A stretch of 64,000 bases of DNA from an uncultured virus (IMG/VR IMGVR_UViG_3300012347_000031) (IMGVR_UViG_3300012347_000031), one strand, 5' to 3'. Positions 27,453 through 36,528 are shown, counted from the first letter of the stretch. The notes: generated by a model not told the origin, from the letters alone. A program made the numbers and translations.

Positions 27453-27932
27453 TTAGTCGTTCAAGAAAGTCTTGTCGCCCTTAGCCTTGACAGGAACCTT
27501 CACAGGCTTCTTAGCTTCTGGGATTAGACGCTCAAGTGCGATCTTCAAGATGCCATTCAAGAGTTCAGCGTTCTCGACTTTGTACTCGTCACCGATAGCC
27601 CATGTACGAGTGAACGCACGTGTAGCAATACCATTGAAGATGTAGTCGTTTGGCTTCTCTGAGTTAGAGTTACCGCGAACAGTCAACTTACCACCATCGA
27701 GTTCTACGTCGATCTCGTGTGTAGCAAAACCTGCCACAGCAATCTCGATTGTGTAGTTCTTGTCGTCGATTTTACGGACGTTGAATGGAGGGTAGTTGGG
27801 GATATTCTTTGTGATGTCATCGTGGAATTGTTGCATCTTAGCAACTTGTCCGTCAAAGTCCAAGAAGAACTTGTCGAATTCCTTGAATGTGTCTTTAGCA
27901 AAGAACGAAGGGATGAATGGTTTTGTAGTCAT
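27453..27932 (-). CDS. Small heat-shock protein (Hsp20/IbpA-like)
   Basis: NYPPFNV, IEIAVAGF, GIATRAFTR and AELLNGILKI. Confidence 0.95.
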   Translation of the reverse strand: MTTKPFIPSFFAKDTFKEFDKFFLDFDGQVAKMQQFHDDITKNIPNYPPFNVRKIDDKNYTIEIAVAGFATHEIDVELDGGKLTVRGNSNSEKPNDYIFNGIATRAFTRTWAIGDEYKVENAELLNGILKIALERLIPEAKKPVKVPVKAKGDKTFLND

Positions 27933-28080
27933 AGTTTTCTCCTATTAAGCGAGGTTAATTAAATTGCCACCCGAAGCATGGCAGTGCTGGTTACTTTATC
28001 CAGCGCACATTGACGAAGTGCAGTGAAATCTCTCGGACGCCTTATACCGTAGCATCAAACAGCCCTAAGGTGGGTTCTTT
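27933..28080 (-). promoter_or_regulatory. Structured 5' leader of hsp20 ending in a ROSE-like thermometer hairpin
   Basis: CUCGCU-UAAU-AGGAG pairs the SD with a bulged G. Upstream stems are GCUGG/CCAGC, UGCCA/UGGCA and GCAC/GUGC. Confidence 0.6.
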
Positions 28081-28509
28081 TTATTTAGTAGTCGTCGGCT
28101 TTTTACCGATGTTATACTTGGCAACCAATTCCCATTGATCTTTCTCTTTGAAAGACACAACCTTAATCTGGGACAAGGATGCTTTTTGTTCAGCTTTCGC
28201 AGGAACTACGATCTTCAGCAACTCCCAGTCTTGCAACAGAGAGGCGATAGCGTTACGGCGTTCAACATCACCTGAAGTGATATTGGATTCCTTGCCATCG
28301 AGAGCAAATAGTTCTTTGAAGTGTACGATGAAGTATCTGCCTTGCTTATGTAAAATATGGCAAGACTGATACAATTTGTTTTCTTTACGGGATGCGATAC
28401 CGATACGAGTAAGTGTCTCACGAACCTTCAAGAAGTTGTCAGGTTCAGGTAATGTCACCTCAAGCATTGAGTCAGGCGTCCAGTCGTAATAAACCATTTC
28501 TACAGTCAT
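28081..28509 (-). CDS. regA: Translational repressor RegA
   Basis: FLKVRETLTRIGIAS...LYQSCHILHKQGRYFIVHFKELF. Confidence 0.97.
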   Translation of the reverse strand: MTVEMVYYDWTPDSMLEVTLPEPDNFLKVRETLTRIGIASRKENKLYQSCHILHKQGRYFIVHFKELFALDGKESNITSGDVERRNAIASLLQDWELLKIVVPAKAEQKASLSQIKVVSFKEKDQWELVAKYNIGKKPTTTK

Positions 28510-28886
28510 TATCTTCCACCTTTGTATAATTTTTCTTTTATCATTGTCAATTGTTCATCTGAAAGGACAGTCAATGCCTCTTTCGCCTTTTCGTTGGAGT
28601 AACCGAAGTACTCCTTGACTAAGAGCATGGATTCTGAATCGGCATCTTTTTTAGCCCATTTACTGAATCGCTTTTTCTTAGCAATACTATTTAGGAAATA
28701 AGAGAACTGCCACTCTTCAGGTGTGCTAGGGAAACGATTCATTTCGTTAGCATACATGACAGTGTCGGGGAAATAAGACAGACCACGGTTTACGATGAAC
28801 GCAGCATAGTCTTTCTTTGCTTGGGGATCGTTAAATAGGTTTTCTTTCGTGAAGTTAATCGCGTTGATGAAGTCGAATGGGCTCAT
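28509..28886 (-). CDS. gp62: Clamp loader small subunit (gp62)
   Basis: FIVNRGLSYFPD...KKKRFSKW...EYFGYS, at the expected position. Confidence 0.92.
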   Translation of the reverse strand: MSPFDFINAINFTKENLFNDPQAKKDYAAFIVNRGLSYFPDTVMYANEMNRFPSTPEEWQFSYFLNSIAKKKRFSKWAKKDADSESMLLVKEYFGYSNEKAKEALTVLSDEQLTMIKEKLYKGGR

Positions 28887-29203
28887 GCTAACCCCATTTC
28901 TTTCAGGTTCTCTGGAGTAGCTGCGAATCGTTTTTCAGGATAGCGTTTAGCCAGAGCGTCCTCTAGTTCTTTCATAGAAGAACCCTGTGCCATGAACTCA
29001 TTATTATCACTATCGCTGAAGACGTAATACACTTCTCCATGCTTCTCGATCTTGATGCGGATTAGTTCATCGGCAGATTCTTCGGCTTCTTCTAGCTGTT
29101 GGACAAACTTCTCGACTCTGCGCTTGGCTGCAGTTTCTCTCGAAGTCCAACCGAATGCAAACCCCAAAGCAAAGATAACAAGATAGATGAAAAGTTCTTC
29201 CAT
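28883..29203 (-). CDS. Hypothetical membrane-anchored protein
   Basis: N-terminal transmembrane segment. Inserted between gp44 and gp62. Confidence 0.55.
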   Translation of the reverse strand: MEELFIYLVIFALGFAFGWTSRETAAKRRVEKFVQQLEEAEESADELIRIKIEKHGEVYYVFSDSDNNEFMAQGSSMKELEDALAKRYPEKRFAATPENLKEMGLA

Positions 29204-29210
29204 GTTAACC

Positions 29211-30164
29211 TCACTTGAATTTGCAAGAAGTCATAACCTCAGTTAGAGCAGCCATGATGTTCAACTCATGATCAGCAACGAATGCAGCCTTGTACTGATA
29301 GTCAGCCAACACTAGAACCAGTTGTGGGATACTTGCTGGCTGCAACGATGTAGTGGCAGAGTCGTACAGTTGACGGAACAGAACCGAAGTCTCAACGTCT
29401 GAGTTCTTACCGACCCACTTACGTGTTTCAGTGAAGTCTTTGGCAGCGAGATGCTTGACCAACTCTCTGAAAGATTCTTCGGACATGTTGACCAGAATGC
29501 CAGAGTCGATCTTACCAGACACAGAGTAGCGCTGAAGTTCGTTCAGGATACGGCGATAGTCAGGGAAGTGTTTGCCGATTAGTTCAGCAACGACTTGTGG
29601 ATCAAACTCAACTTCTTCGTTCTTTAGGATCTGCGTCACACGCTTATAGAATCCGACGATGATGTCCTTCTTCTCTGCAGCATCGACTTTGAATTCGATG
29701 TTCACGCAACGAGAGCGAAGTGGCTCAATGATTCGGTTCTTAAAGTTACATGTGAAGATGAAGCGACAGTTAGCCGAAAACTCTTCAATGAAAGAACGTA
29801 GCGCAGGTTGCACAGAGTCAGCATTCATGTAGTCAGCTTCGTCGATGATAACAACCTTCTTAGCGTCAGTCAATGAAACAGAAGAGGCGTATTGCTTAAT
29901 TTTGGTACGCAACGTATCAATCTGGCGACCTTCGTCAGATCCGTTGATCATGATGTACTCTGCACCAACCTCATTACACAAGGCTTTGGCTACAGTAGTT
30001 TTACCTGTACCTGCTGTACCACTAAACAGGAAGGTTGGAAGTTCACCTTGTTCGATAAACTCTTTGAAAGTCTTCTTGAGAGACTCGGGAAGAATACACT
30101 CGTCAATGGTTTGAGGTCTGTAGGACTCTACCCACAAAAACTGGTTTTCAACTCTATTAATCAT
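29211..30164 (-). CDS. gp44: Clamp loader large subunit (gp44)
   Basis: LWVESYRP, GTAGTGKTT, IIDEAD and LRSRC. Confidence 0.96.
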   Translation of the reverse strand: MINRVENQFLWVESYRPQTIDECILPESLKKTFKEFIEQGELPTFLFSGTAGTGKTTVAKALCNEVGAEYIMINGSDEGRQIDTLRTKIKQYASSVSLTDAKKVVIIDEADYMNADSVQPALRSFIEEFSANCRFIFTCNFKNRIIEPLRSRCVNIEFKVDAAEKKDIIVGFYKRVTQILKNEEVEFDPQVVAELIGKHFPDYRRILNELQRYSVSGKIDSGILVNMSEESFRELVKHLAAKDFTETRKWVGKNSDVETSVLFRQLYDSATTSLQPASIPQLVLVLADYQYKAAFVADHELNIMAALTEVMTSCKFK

Positions 30165-30181
30165 AACAAAAACTCCAATTT

Positions 30182-30250
30182 TATAAATAAAAGGTCGGGA
30201 ACATTAGGTTGCAGCCTAATACTCCCTAAACAATACAACCATTAGGAGTG
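30182..30250 (+). promoter_or_regulatory. T4-type late promoter and SD-sequestering hairpins of the endonuclease
   Basis: TATAAATA at 30182-30189, stem ATTAGG-ttgcag-CCTAAT, and ACTCC(C)TAA able to pair with TTAGGAGT. Confidence 0.65.
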
Positions 30251-30255
30251 GTCAT

Positions 30256-30792
30256 ATGTCTAGTATTATCTATCGAATCACCAATGCAGTCAATTCTAAA
30301 TTCTACATTGGTAAGACTTCGAAAACAGTGCAGGAACGATTCCAGAGACACTGTTACAATCATCAAAAGCAAAACACCTATCTCTATAAAGCCATGCGTA
30401 AATATGGTGTAGAGAACTTCACCATTGAAATCCTAGAGGAAACTAACTCTCCAAATGAGAGAGAAATTTACTGGATCAAAACCCTACAACCGCATTACAA
30501 TATGACCATCGGTGGAGATGGTGGTGACACTTCTAAATCTGAGAACTATAAACTAGGTATGAAGAATAGGGTACACCCACACAAACCAACTTATGGAATG
30601 CTAGGTAAAGAACACCCAATGAAAGGTAAGTCTTTAACTAAGAATTGCTGTCCAGTGATTTGCGAGGGTGTTGAGTATTCTTCTGTCGCTGACGCCCAAA
30701 AAGCGTATGAAGGAATCAGTATCAGAAAAAGACTCGACAACCCCAAATACCCAAAGTTTTATCGCTTACGAGATAAAACTACTCGCTCTTAG
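30256..30792 (+). mobile_element. Free-standing GIY-YIG homing endonuclease (Seg-like)
   Basis: IIYRITN...FYIGKT...RF..H, E..WI, YNMT.GGDG. The only clear plus-strand gene, inserted between gp45 and gp44. Confidence 0.9.
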
Positions 30793-31445
30793 AACTCGAA
30801 TGTCGAATCAGCTTCAACAGCGACGTAATAAACCAAATCACCTGCGCCTTTGAAGCGAGAGATTTTCTTGCTTGAGATACTCACAGTGTAATCGCCTGGA
30901 AGCATCTTCAAGTTTTCAACTTTCAAGTTGACACGGAATGTCTTGTCAGTATCACCAACTGGTTCGCTGAAAGAGTTACCTGCGGCATTCTTCTTGTCAC
31001 CAACAACGGCAGTAACCTTGGAACCATCACCAACGATGGAAACGTCAGACGCACGAAGAACAGATGCTGTCTTGTGAATCATGTTCAACATCGCAGCAGT
31101 CATTGTGAACTCAATCTCAGCAGCTGGGAATGTGATAGCCTTTTGTGGTGCAGTCAACACAGACGCTTCAGCAGCGAAGTATTTAATGCTCATGCTACCT
31201 TGCTTGATGGTGACGTACTTCTCGCTGAAGTCCAATTCTGGATCCTCGAACAAAGACATCGCACCCAAAAACTCGTTCAAGTCGTAGATACCAAAGTCAG
31301 GGAATGTCTCGCTGACTGTAGCATCAGCCATCACGTTCTTCTGCGCAGAGATAGTTGCCAACTTATTGCCTTGTTTCAACAGCAAGTTGCTATTGATGCC
31401 AGCGAAGTTCTTGAACAGGGTTAGGGTTTCTTTACTTAATTTCAT
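30789..31445 (-). CDS. gp45: Sliding clamp (gp45)
   Basis: MKLSKETL..FKNFAGINSN, FGIYDLNEFL and YYVAVE. Confidence 0.95.
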   Translation of the reverse strand: MKLSKETLTLFKNFAGINSNLLLKQGNKLATISAQKNVMADATVSETFPDFGIYDLNEFLGAMSLFEDPELDFSEKYVTIKQGSMSIKYFAAEASVLTAPQKAITFPAAEIEFTMTAAMLNMIHKTASVLRASDVSIVGDGSKVTAVVGDKKNAAGNSFSEPVGDTDKTFRVNLKVENLKMLPGDYTVSISSKKISRFKGAGDLVYYVAVEADSTFEF

Positions 31446-31485
31446 TATTTCTCCTATCAAATGAATACATTACTATGTATAACGA

Positions 31486-31514
31486 ATTATGCCTGAAAGT
31501 TTCCTTGCAGGCAA
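31486..31514 (-). promoter_or_regulatory. sigma70-type promoter upstream of gp45
   Basis: TTGCCT-17 bp-CATAAT, overlapping an inverted repeat TGCCTG...CAGGCA. Confidence 0.55.
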
Positions 31515-31521
31515 ATATATT

Positions 31522-31653
31522 TTATTCCATCAAGACGTAGTCGTCTTTACTAACACCACACTCTGGGCAGTTGACTGTGTCTGGAAGACTCAACCAATCA
31601 GCTTCAGACAATTGGTGACCACAAACTACACATACGTAGATACGTTCGCTCAT
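31522..31653 (-). CDS. Rubredoxin-like protein (43 aa, absent from the ORF track)
   Basis: Hand translation MSERIYVCVVCGHQLSEADWLSLPDTVNCPECGVSKDDYVLME*. ATGA overlap with the rubrerythrin stop. Confidence 0.85.
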   Translation of the reverse strand: MSERIYVCVVCGHQLSEADWLSLPDTVNCPECGVSKDDYVLME

Positions 31654-32099
31654 AGGGAATCCTTTACTTGTTGATATGCTTCTGCATGTCGTTTCTCAAC
31701 TTTCGCCAATGCGGCGAAACGCTTCTCTGCCAAAGCCAGAACCTTACGGAACTGCTCAGCGTGTTCTTGTGATTCTGCAATCTGGTGAGCAGCTTCACGT
31801 TCAGCTTCTTGGTTTCCTTCGGCTACAGCTTCAGCTTGCATCTTTGGATACATCTCAGTGAACTCATGAGTCTCACCAAGGATGGCGAGATGCAAGCATT
31901 CTTTGGTAGATGGTTTACCAATCAGCAACTCAAGGTGACCCCATGCATGGAGAATCTCTTGGTCAGCTGTATGTTCGAAGTGTTTAGCAACTTCTTCGAA
32001 ACCTTCAGCGCGAGCCAACTTAGCGAAGTAACGATACTTGATATGAGCCATTGATTCGCCAGCCAATGCGCTCTCAAGATTTTTAATTGTAATAGACAT
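31650..32099 (-). CDS. Rubrerythrin (ferritin-like di-iron domain only)
   Basis: NLESALAGES.AH.KY..FA, EILHA, GETHE...MYP and ESQEHA. Start MSIT at 32099 with AAGGA. Confidence 0.9.
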   Translation of the reverse strand: MSITIKNLESALAGESMAHIKYRYFAKLARAEGFEEVAKHFEHTADQEILHAWGHLELLIGKPSTKECLHLAILGETHEFTEMYPKMQAEAVAEGNQEAEREAAHQIAESQEHAEQFRKVLALAEKRFAALAKVEKRHAEAYQQVKDSL

Positions 32100-32109
32100 A
32101 ATTTCCTTT

Positions 32110-32688
32110 TTACCAATCAGAACTTGGTCCAGAGTCTGACGAAGATGAATACGAGTCGCTAGAACTTGAAGACCAAGAACTAGATGTATCCATAGAACTA
32201 GAGATTGACTTGCGAGAATCGCTGTCGTCAAAACCCCATGAACTTTCAGTCTTGCTAACACCAACGCTACGTTCTTCACGAACAGGTTCAGAACGAGAGT
32301 TATCATTCCAGTGGTGGATTGTATTAGCAATCATAGCAATATCAGCNNNNNNNNNNNNNNNNNNNNNNNNNNNNNNNNNNNNNNNNNNNNNNNNNNNNNN
32401 NNNNNNNNNNNNNNNNNNNNNNNNNNNNNNNNNNNNNTTAACGAACTCACGCTTCTTTGGTGGAGCGTTACTTGCTGCTGTTTTTGCCATAGCAGCGCGA
32501 GCCACGTTTGCGTCTTCACGGAGTTTCTTACGTGCTGCTTCGTCGCGTTCACGCATTCGTTCGATGAGTGCTTGACGATCCTTCTCTAGTTTAACTCGCA
32601 TTTCGTGGGCTTTGAGTAGGTGACGGACGAAGAGTCCAGTAACGCAGCAAGCTGCGAAGAAGATAACAACGGCTAGGATATCGTCCAT
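32110..32688 (-). CDS. Membrane-anchored hypothetical protein with Ser-rich tail (N-gap)
   Basis: N-terminal transmembrane segment, coiled coil, and an SSSWSSSSSDS tail. Confidence 0.55.
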   Translation of the reverse strand: MDDILAVVIFFAACCVTGLFVRHLLKAHEMRVKLEKDRQALIERMRERDEAARKKLREDANVARAAMAKTAASNAPPKKREFVXXXXXXXXXXXXXXXXXXXXXXXXXXXXXXXADIAMIANTIHHWNDNSRSEPVREERSVGVSKTESSWGFDDSDSRKSISSSMDTSSSWSSSSSDSYSSSSDSGPSSDW

Positions 32689-32689
32689 A

Positions 32690-33505
32690 TTACTTACCAA
32701 CGTTCAACACTGGAGACTGACCACCAAGAACCAGAGTACCACCTTTGAACTGGGCGATAGCTTGGGCTTGAATCTTTGCAGCTTCAGCATTCATCATACG
32801 AGTCTGAGCATCCATGTATTGGATAGCGCCAGTGTTTTGTGCCAAGGCTTGAATACGTTTAGCTTCAAGTTCAGCAGTACGAACTTCGGCTTCTTTCTGT
32901 TTGGTTTCGTTCTTGGCACGAACCAATGCGTTTGCTGATTCAACAACGGTGTCAGCAGGGATCACGTTACGAATCAGAACCTGTGTAATGTTAATCACAC
33001 CACCAAGATTTTCGGACGCCAGAGTAGCAGTAACTGTGTCGCGAACTTCAGCCTCCATAACAGAACGATTGTCTCCCATGTTCAACGCTTCATGCTTTCG
33101 AGCAGCTTTGTAAACAGCGTTACGAGTTGCGTTGAAGATGTAGTTGTACATCAGGTAGGTGTCGCCATTATGAACAGCGTGGAACGACTTGTTCTTTGTG
33201 TTGTAGATCTCAGCGATCTGACTTGGATTGATGTTGTAAATAACAGTCAAGTCGAAGTCTTTCATCGTGGAGTTATCAGCAGCCTGTGGGTTCAGGTCGT
33301 CAACTTTCACGGCAACTTCTTTCACTGGGAATGTCAACACATCACCAACGAGAGTTTGGTTGAAAGAGCCTGGAAGCAATTCGTCGTTCTTAACTTGCTT
33401 GTCGAAACCGACACGCAGACCAACTTCACCAGTCTCGATACGAGTACACGCTTGGAGAGAAGCCAGAGCCAACACCAAAGCACCAATTTTCAAAAACGAT
33501 TTCAT
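32690..33505 (-). CDS. SPFH / Band-7 (prohibitin-like) membrane protein
   Basis: Signal peptide or lipobox LQAC, RIETGEVG, and a C-terminal coiled coil with AE..A repeats. Confidence 0.85.
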   Translation of the reverse strand: MKSFLKIGALVLALASLQACTRIETGEVGLRVGFDKQVKNDELLPGSFNQTLVGDVLTFPVKEVAVKVDDLNPQAADNSTMKDFDLTVIYNINPSQIAEIYNTKNKSFHAVHNGDTYLMYNYIFNATRNAVYKAARKHEALNMGDNRSVMEAEVRDTVTATLASENLGGVINITQVLIRNVIPADTVVESANALVRAKNETKQKEAEVRTAELEAKRIQALAQNTGAIQYMDAQTRMMNAEAAKIQAQAIAQFKGGTLVLGGQSPVLNVGK

Positions 33506-33514
33506 AATGAATCC

Positions 33515-33691
33515 TTAAAATAAAACAACGATAAAAAACAAGAGAGTGAACGCGATGATAGAAGTAACAAGGCTATACATAGCAGCCTTGAACATGTCTA
33601 CCTTAGCTTCAAGTGGTGAGTGCCAGAAGAAGCTAATACCGAAGAACACGATAGCCCAGACAGCTAAGAAGGCAATTATACCTCGGATCAT
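33515..33691 (-). CDS. Small two-TM membrane protein
   Basis: MIRGIIAFLAVWAIVFFGISFF... with an ATGA overlap. Confidence 0.55.
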   Translation of the reverse strand: MIRGIIAFLAVWAIVFFGISFFWHSPLEAKVDMFKAAMYSLVTSIIAFTLLFFIVVLF

Positions 33692-34050
33692 TGTTGAGCC
33701 CCAATTTGAGATGCCAACTTGAATTCCTTGGCTAGTGCCTCGTGCTGTTTGTGAGAGCAGTAGAATTTCCACTCGCTCACAACCTTGTTACCATTCTCAG
33801 TAACCCAGTAACCGAGAACAGTGTATGCCTCTTTACCATCGTCACCCATACGTTCGATAGAGAACACATCCATGTTCTTCCAATCAATCACGAATGTAGA
33901 TGACTGTACGTCTGCTAGGACTTCTTCAGACTTCTCTTTGCGCATTCGAGCTAAGTCTGCATTGAGTTGTTCAGTGTGTCGCTCAAGTTCAGCAATGCGA
34001 TACTTGGCAGCTGCTAACTCATGTTTCAATTCTGAATTATCGAAAAACAT
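33688..34050 (-). CDS. Hypothetical protein
   Basis: 120 aa ORF with an N-terminal coiled coil. Confidence 0.55.
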   Translation of the reverse strand: MFFDNSELKHELAAAKYRIAELERHTEQLNADLARMRKEKSEEVLADVQSSTFVIDWKNMDVFSIERMGDDGKEAYTVLGYWVTENGNKVVSEWKFYCSHKQHEALAKEFKLASQIGAQQ

Positions 34051-34373
34051 TATTTTGTATCCTTACTATACTTAACTGCATGCTCATACAAGAAACTCAA
34101 ACAACACATGGCGTGTGCCAAGTGGTGGATGCCAGACTCGAGATCAATTTCTTCTCCCATTTTCCATGCCCAGACATGACGCTGCATCGCTGCGAAGTAA
34201 CGTCGTTTGGAATCAGGAACCAGTTGCCAATTATCAGGCGCATACTTCTGCGCACCGAAGGTTAGGACTTTAACCATTTCCTCTTGAGCCAGAGGTGGAA
34301 TCAGGTCATAACGTAGTTTGTCGCTATCAAATTTACGACCATCTGGTGCTTCTTTATCTTTTTTAGTAGCCAT
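34050..34373 (-). CDS. dATP/dGTP diphosphohydrolase-like protein (DUF5664)
   Basis: GRKFDSDKLRYDLIP, GAQKYAPDNW and ESGIHHLAHA. Confidence 0.8.
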   Translation of the reverse strand: MATKKDKEAPDGRKFDSDKLRYDLIPPLAQEEMVKVLTFGAQKYAPDNWQLVPDSKRRYFAAMQRHVWAWKMGEEIDLESGIHHLAHAMCCLSFLYEHAVKYSKDTK

Positions 34374-34423
34374 ATTATCTCCAGTGAATCAACTATGGGC
34401 ACTCATAGAATGCCCATAAGCAA

Positions 34424-34684
34424 TTAGCCTCGAGTGAAGACTGTTGCACCAGCCACGCGATTAGCGATAGCGATCATAGTCTTGCTTGGCTTACCAATAC
34501 GGTACTTTGTAGTCTCAGTACCATCGGCTAACTTAGCCTTGTTACCATAGATGCAATGACCTTGCATGCGCAGTTGGCGGATAGCTTCATGCGGATTCTT
34601 CAAACCAAAAGAGCCAGCGATCTGGCGAGCAGTAACTGTGGCACCAGAAGTCAGGTGGTTCAATAGCTTTGCTTGTTTACTCAT
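34424..34684 (-). CDS. Small winged-HTH DNA-binding protein
   Basis: LLNHL..G..VTARQI...FGL.NP...IRQLR..G...YRIG. Confidence 0.65.
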   Translation of the reverse strand: MSKQAKLLNHLTSGATVTARQIAGSFGLKNPHEAIRQLRMQGHCIYGNKAKLADGTETTKYRIGKPSKTMIAIANRVAGATVFTRG

Positions 34685-34751
34685 AATATCTCCATACCAT
34701 CAACGAAAAAAGGCTGGAAGAGAGATGGCATATCTCTTCCAACCCAAAGGA

Positions 34752-35243
34752 TTAGACTTCGATACCGTTCTCACGCAGGATAGCGTTGAAGTCTTCGGTG
34801 TCGTCGTCAAACGAATCAGACTCGTCGATGACACGTTGCAGACGAGAAATTTCCATCTCAGTCTCCTTCGCTTCAGCGACTTTCTTTGCAGGTGCTTTCA
34901 CCTTAACAACTTTAGCCTTAGCCAGTTTTGCAACTTTAGCCTTAGCCTTCGCTACAGGTGTAGCGTTCTTCACTGCAATTTCTTTGGCGAATGCAGATAG
35001 TTCTTCGGCTGTAGGAACAGGGAGTTGGTACACACCACGCTCAACCTTGTTCTTAGCGAACAACCAGTTAGGATAACCGATCTTCTCACCCTTCGCACCA
35101 GTGCGTTGGTCACGCATTTCGTAGTAAATAGAAGCACATTCCTTCAGAGTAATCTGAGGATTCTTCTTGTACTGTGGTTGAGCCTCGAGGACTGCGACCA
35201 CGAAACGTTTTTGTGACAAAGACAAAGCGGCAAATTTCAACAT
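34752..35243 (-). CDS. Early hypothetical protein with Lys/Ala-rich linker and acidic tail
   Basis: Likely start MLKF at 35243 after AAAGGA. First gene after promoter cassette copy 2. Confidence 0.6.
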   Translation of the reverse strand: MLKFAALSLSQKRFVVAVLEAQPQYKKNPQITLKECASIYYEMRDQRTGAKGEKIGYPNWLFAKNKVERGVYQLPVPTAEELSAFAKEIAVKNATPVAKAKAKVAKLAKAKVVKVKAPAKKVAEAKETEMEISRLQRVIDESDSFDDDTEDFNAILRENGIEV

Positions 35244-35288
35244 AATATTTCCTTTAAAAAAGTTTCTCAATCAATCGTAACAGAAGTT

Positions 35289-35355
35289 ATTATACAGCAG
35301 GGTTGCATGAAAGACAACACTTATTTGTAATAACCCTACGGGTTGTAGGGGATTA
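35289..35355 (-). promoter_or_regulatory. Early sigma70-type promoter with upstream inverted repeat (cassette copy 2)
   Basis: TTGTCT-17 bp-TATAAT plus the palindrome CCCTAC-gggtt-GTAGGG. Confidence 0.75.
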
Positions 35356-35369
35356 CGTAAGTTGTTGAT

Positions 35370-36503
35370 TTAGAAGGGAATTTCATCATCGGGAGTGGCT
35401 TGGATAGGGGCTTGTACGGGTACTACAGGCGTGTCCTCCACAGGGTTCGCAACCTTGTCGTATAGGTCGATGAAGGCTGACTTCGTGGCATCATCGAATC
35501 GGTTACAGCAAAGTTCTACAGCCTTCTCGCGTTTCTTGAAGATAGCGAATGCTCGAACGATGTGAATCATACGACGAGTTGTGATAGTCTCATCAACGCC
35601 ACCGTCATCGAAAGTTTTGCGGATAGCGTCAGCCCACTTAACGAGAGTCTCAGCAAACTCACGATCTTCGCAGCCGTAAGCAGTCATGAGGTTCTCGATA
35701 ATCTTCTGTTCAATCTTGGCGTTCGGATACTCTTGGTTAAAGGTAACAGCGAAACGCTCCAAGAATGCTTCGTTCAAAATGTTCGTACCAATGTAACGAC
35801 CATCGTCTGAGCCTTTACCTTTGGTGTTCGCAGTAGCGAAGATGTTAAAACCATCAGCTGGAGTGATCATCTCATTCTTCAGCTTGAAGTAGTATGGCTT
35901 ACCTTCTAGAATTGGTTGCAAGCAAAGCAGAGTGTTCGCAGAGCCAGCATCAATCTCATCAAGCAACAACGCGCAGCCTGTGCGCATGGCGATAAGAACT
36001 GGACCTTCTACAATCTCGACGTTGCCGTCTGTGAGAGTTTTGGAACCGATGAGTTGTTCTTCATCAGTCATCATGTTCAAGTTCACGCGAACGAGAGGGC
36101 GCTTGTACTTAGCGCAAATCTGTTCAACCATCGTGGACTTACCATTACCAGTTGGACCACTGATGTAGGTAGGATAGAAGATGGCAGACTTGATAATCTG
36201 CTCCACATCAGAGTAGTTACCAAACGGAACAAAGTTTGGGTCTCGTTTAGGAACCAGTGTACTCACATCAGCATCAATCACAACTTCTTCTTTCGTTTCA
36301 ACTGCCGTGTTACCTGCAACGGCATACAGACCACGACCAACTTTATTCTTCATCAACCAAACAGGATACTTGGTAGTCTTCATTTTGTCCATGACATCAA
36401 GCAGCTGTGGGCGGGACACCACACCAGTCTCTGCAATCTCAGGATACACCTTGTGGAGTTTAGTTTCAAACTCCTCGCGAAAAACCATATCAGCTTTAGA
36501 CAT
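35370..36503 (-). CDS. MoxR/CobS-like AAA+ ATPase
   Basis: GPTGNGKS, LLLDEID, ATANTKG and NEAFLERF. Confidence 0.9.
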   Translation of the reverse strand: MSKADMVFREEFETKLHKVYPEIAETGVVSRPQLLDVMDKMKTTKYPVWLMKNKVGRGLYAVAGNTAVETKEEVVIDADVSTLVPKRDPNFVPFGNYSDVEQIIKSAIFYPTYISGPTGNGKSTMVEQICAKYKRPLVRVNLNMMTDEEQLIGSKTLTDGNVEIVEGPVLIAMRTGCALLLDEIDAGSANTLLCLQPILEGKPYYFKLKNEMITPADGFNIFATANTKGKGSDDGRYIGTNILNEAFLERFAVTFNQEYPNAKIEQKIIENLMTAYGCEDREFAETLVKWADAIRKTFDDGGVDETITTRRMIHIVRAFAIFKKREKAVELCCNRFDDATKSAFIDLYDKVANPVEDTPVVPVQAPIQATPDDEIPF

Positions 36504-36528
36504 TCACAATCTCCATAACAATAAAACA

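Noticed and set aside
31650..32330. 226 aa N-terminally extended rubrerythrin as given in the ORF track
   Set aside because: The extension overlaps the upstream gene. A good SD and the family-typical start are at 32099.
35370..36503. Cobalamin biosynthesis (cobS/cobT) as an auxiliary metabolic pathway
   Set aside because: No cobN or other cob genes are present. A generic MoxR-vWA pair is the simpler reading.
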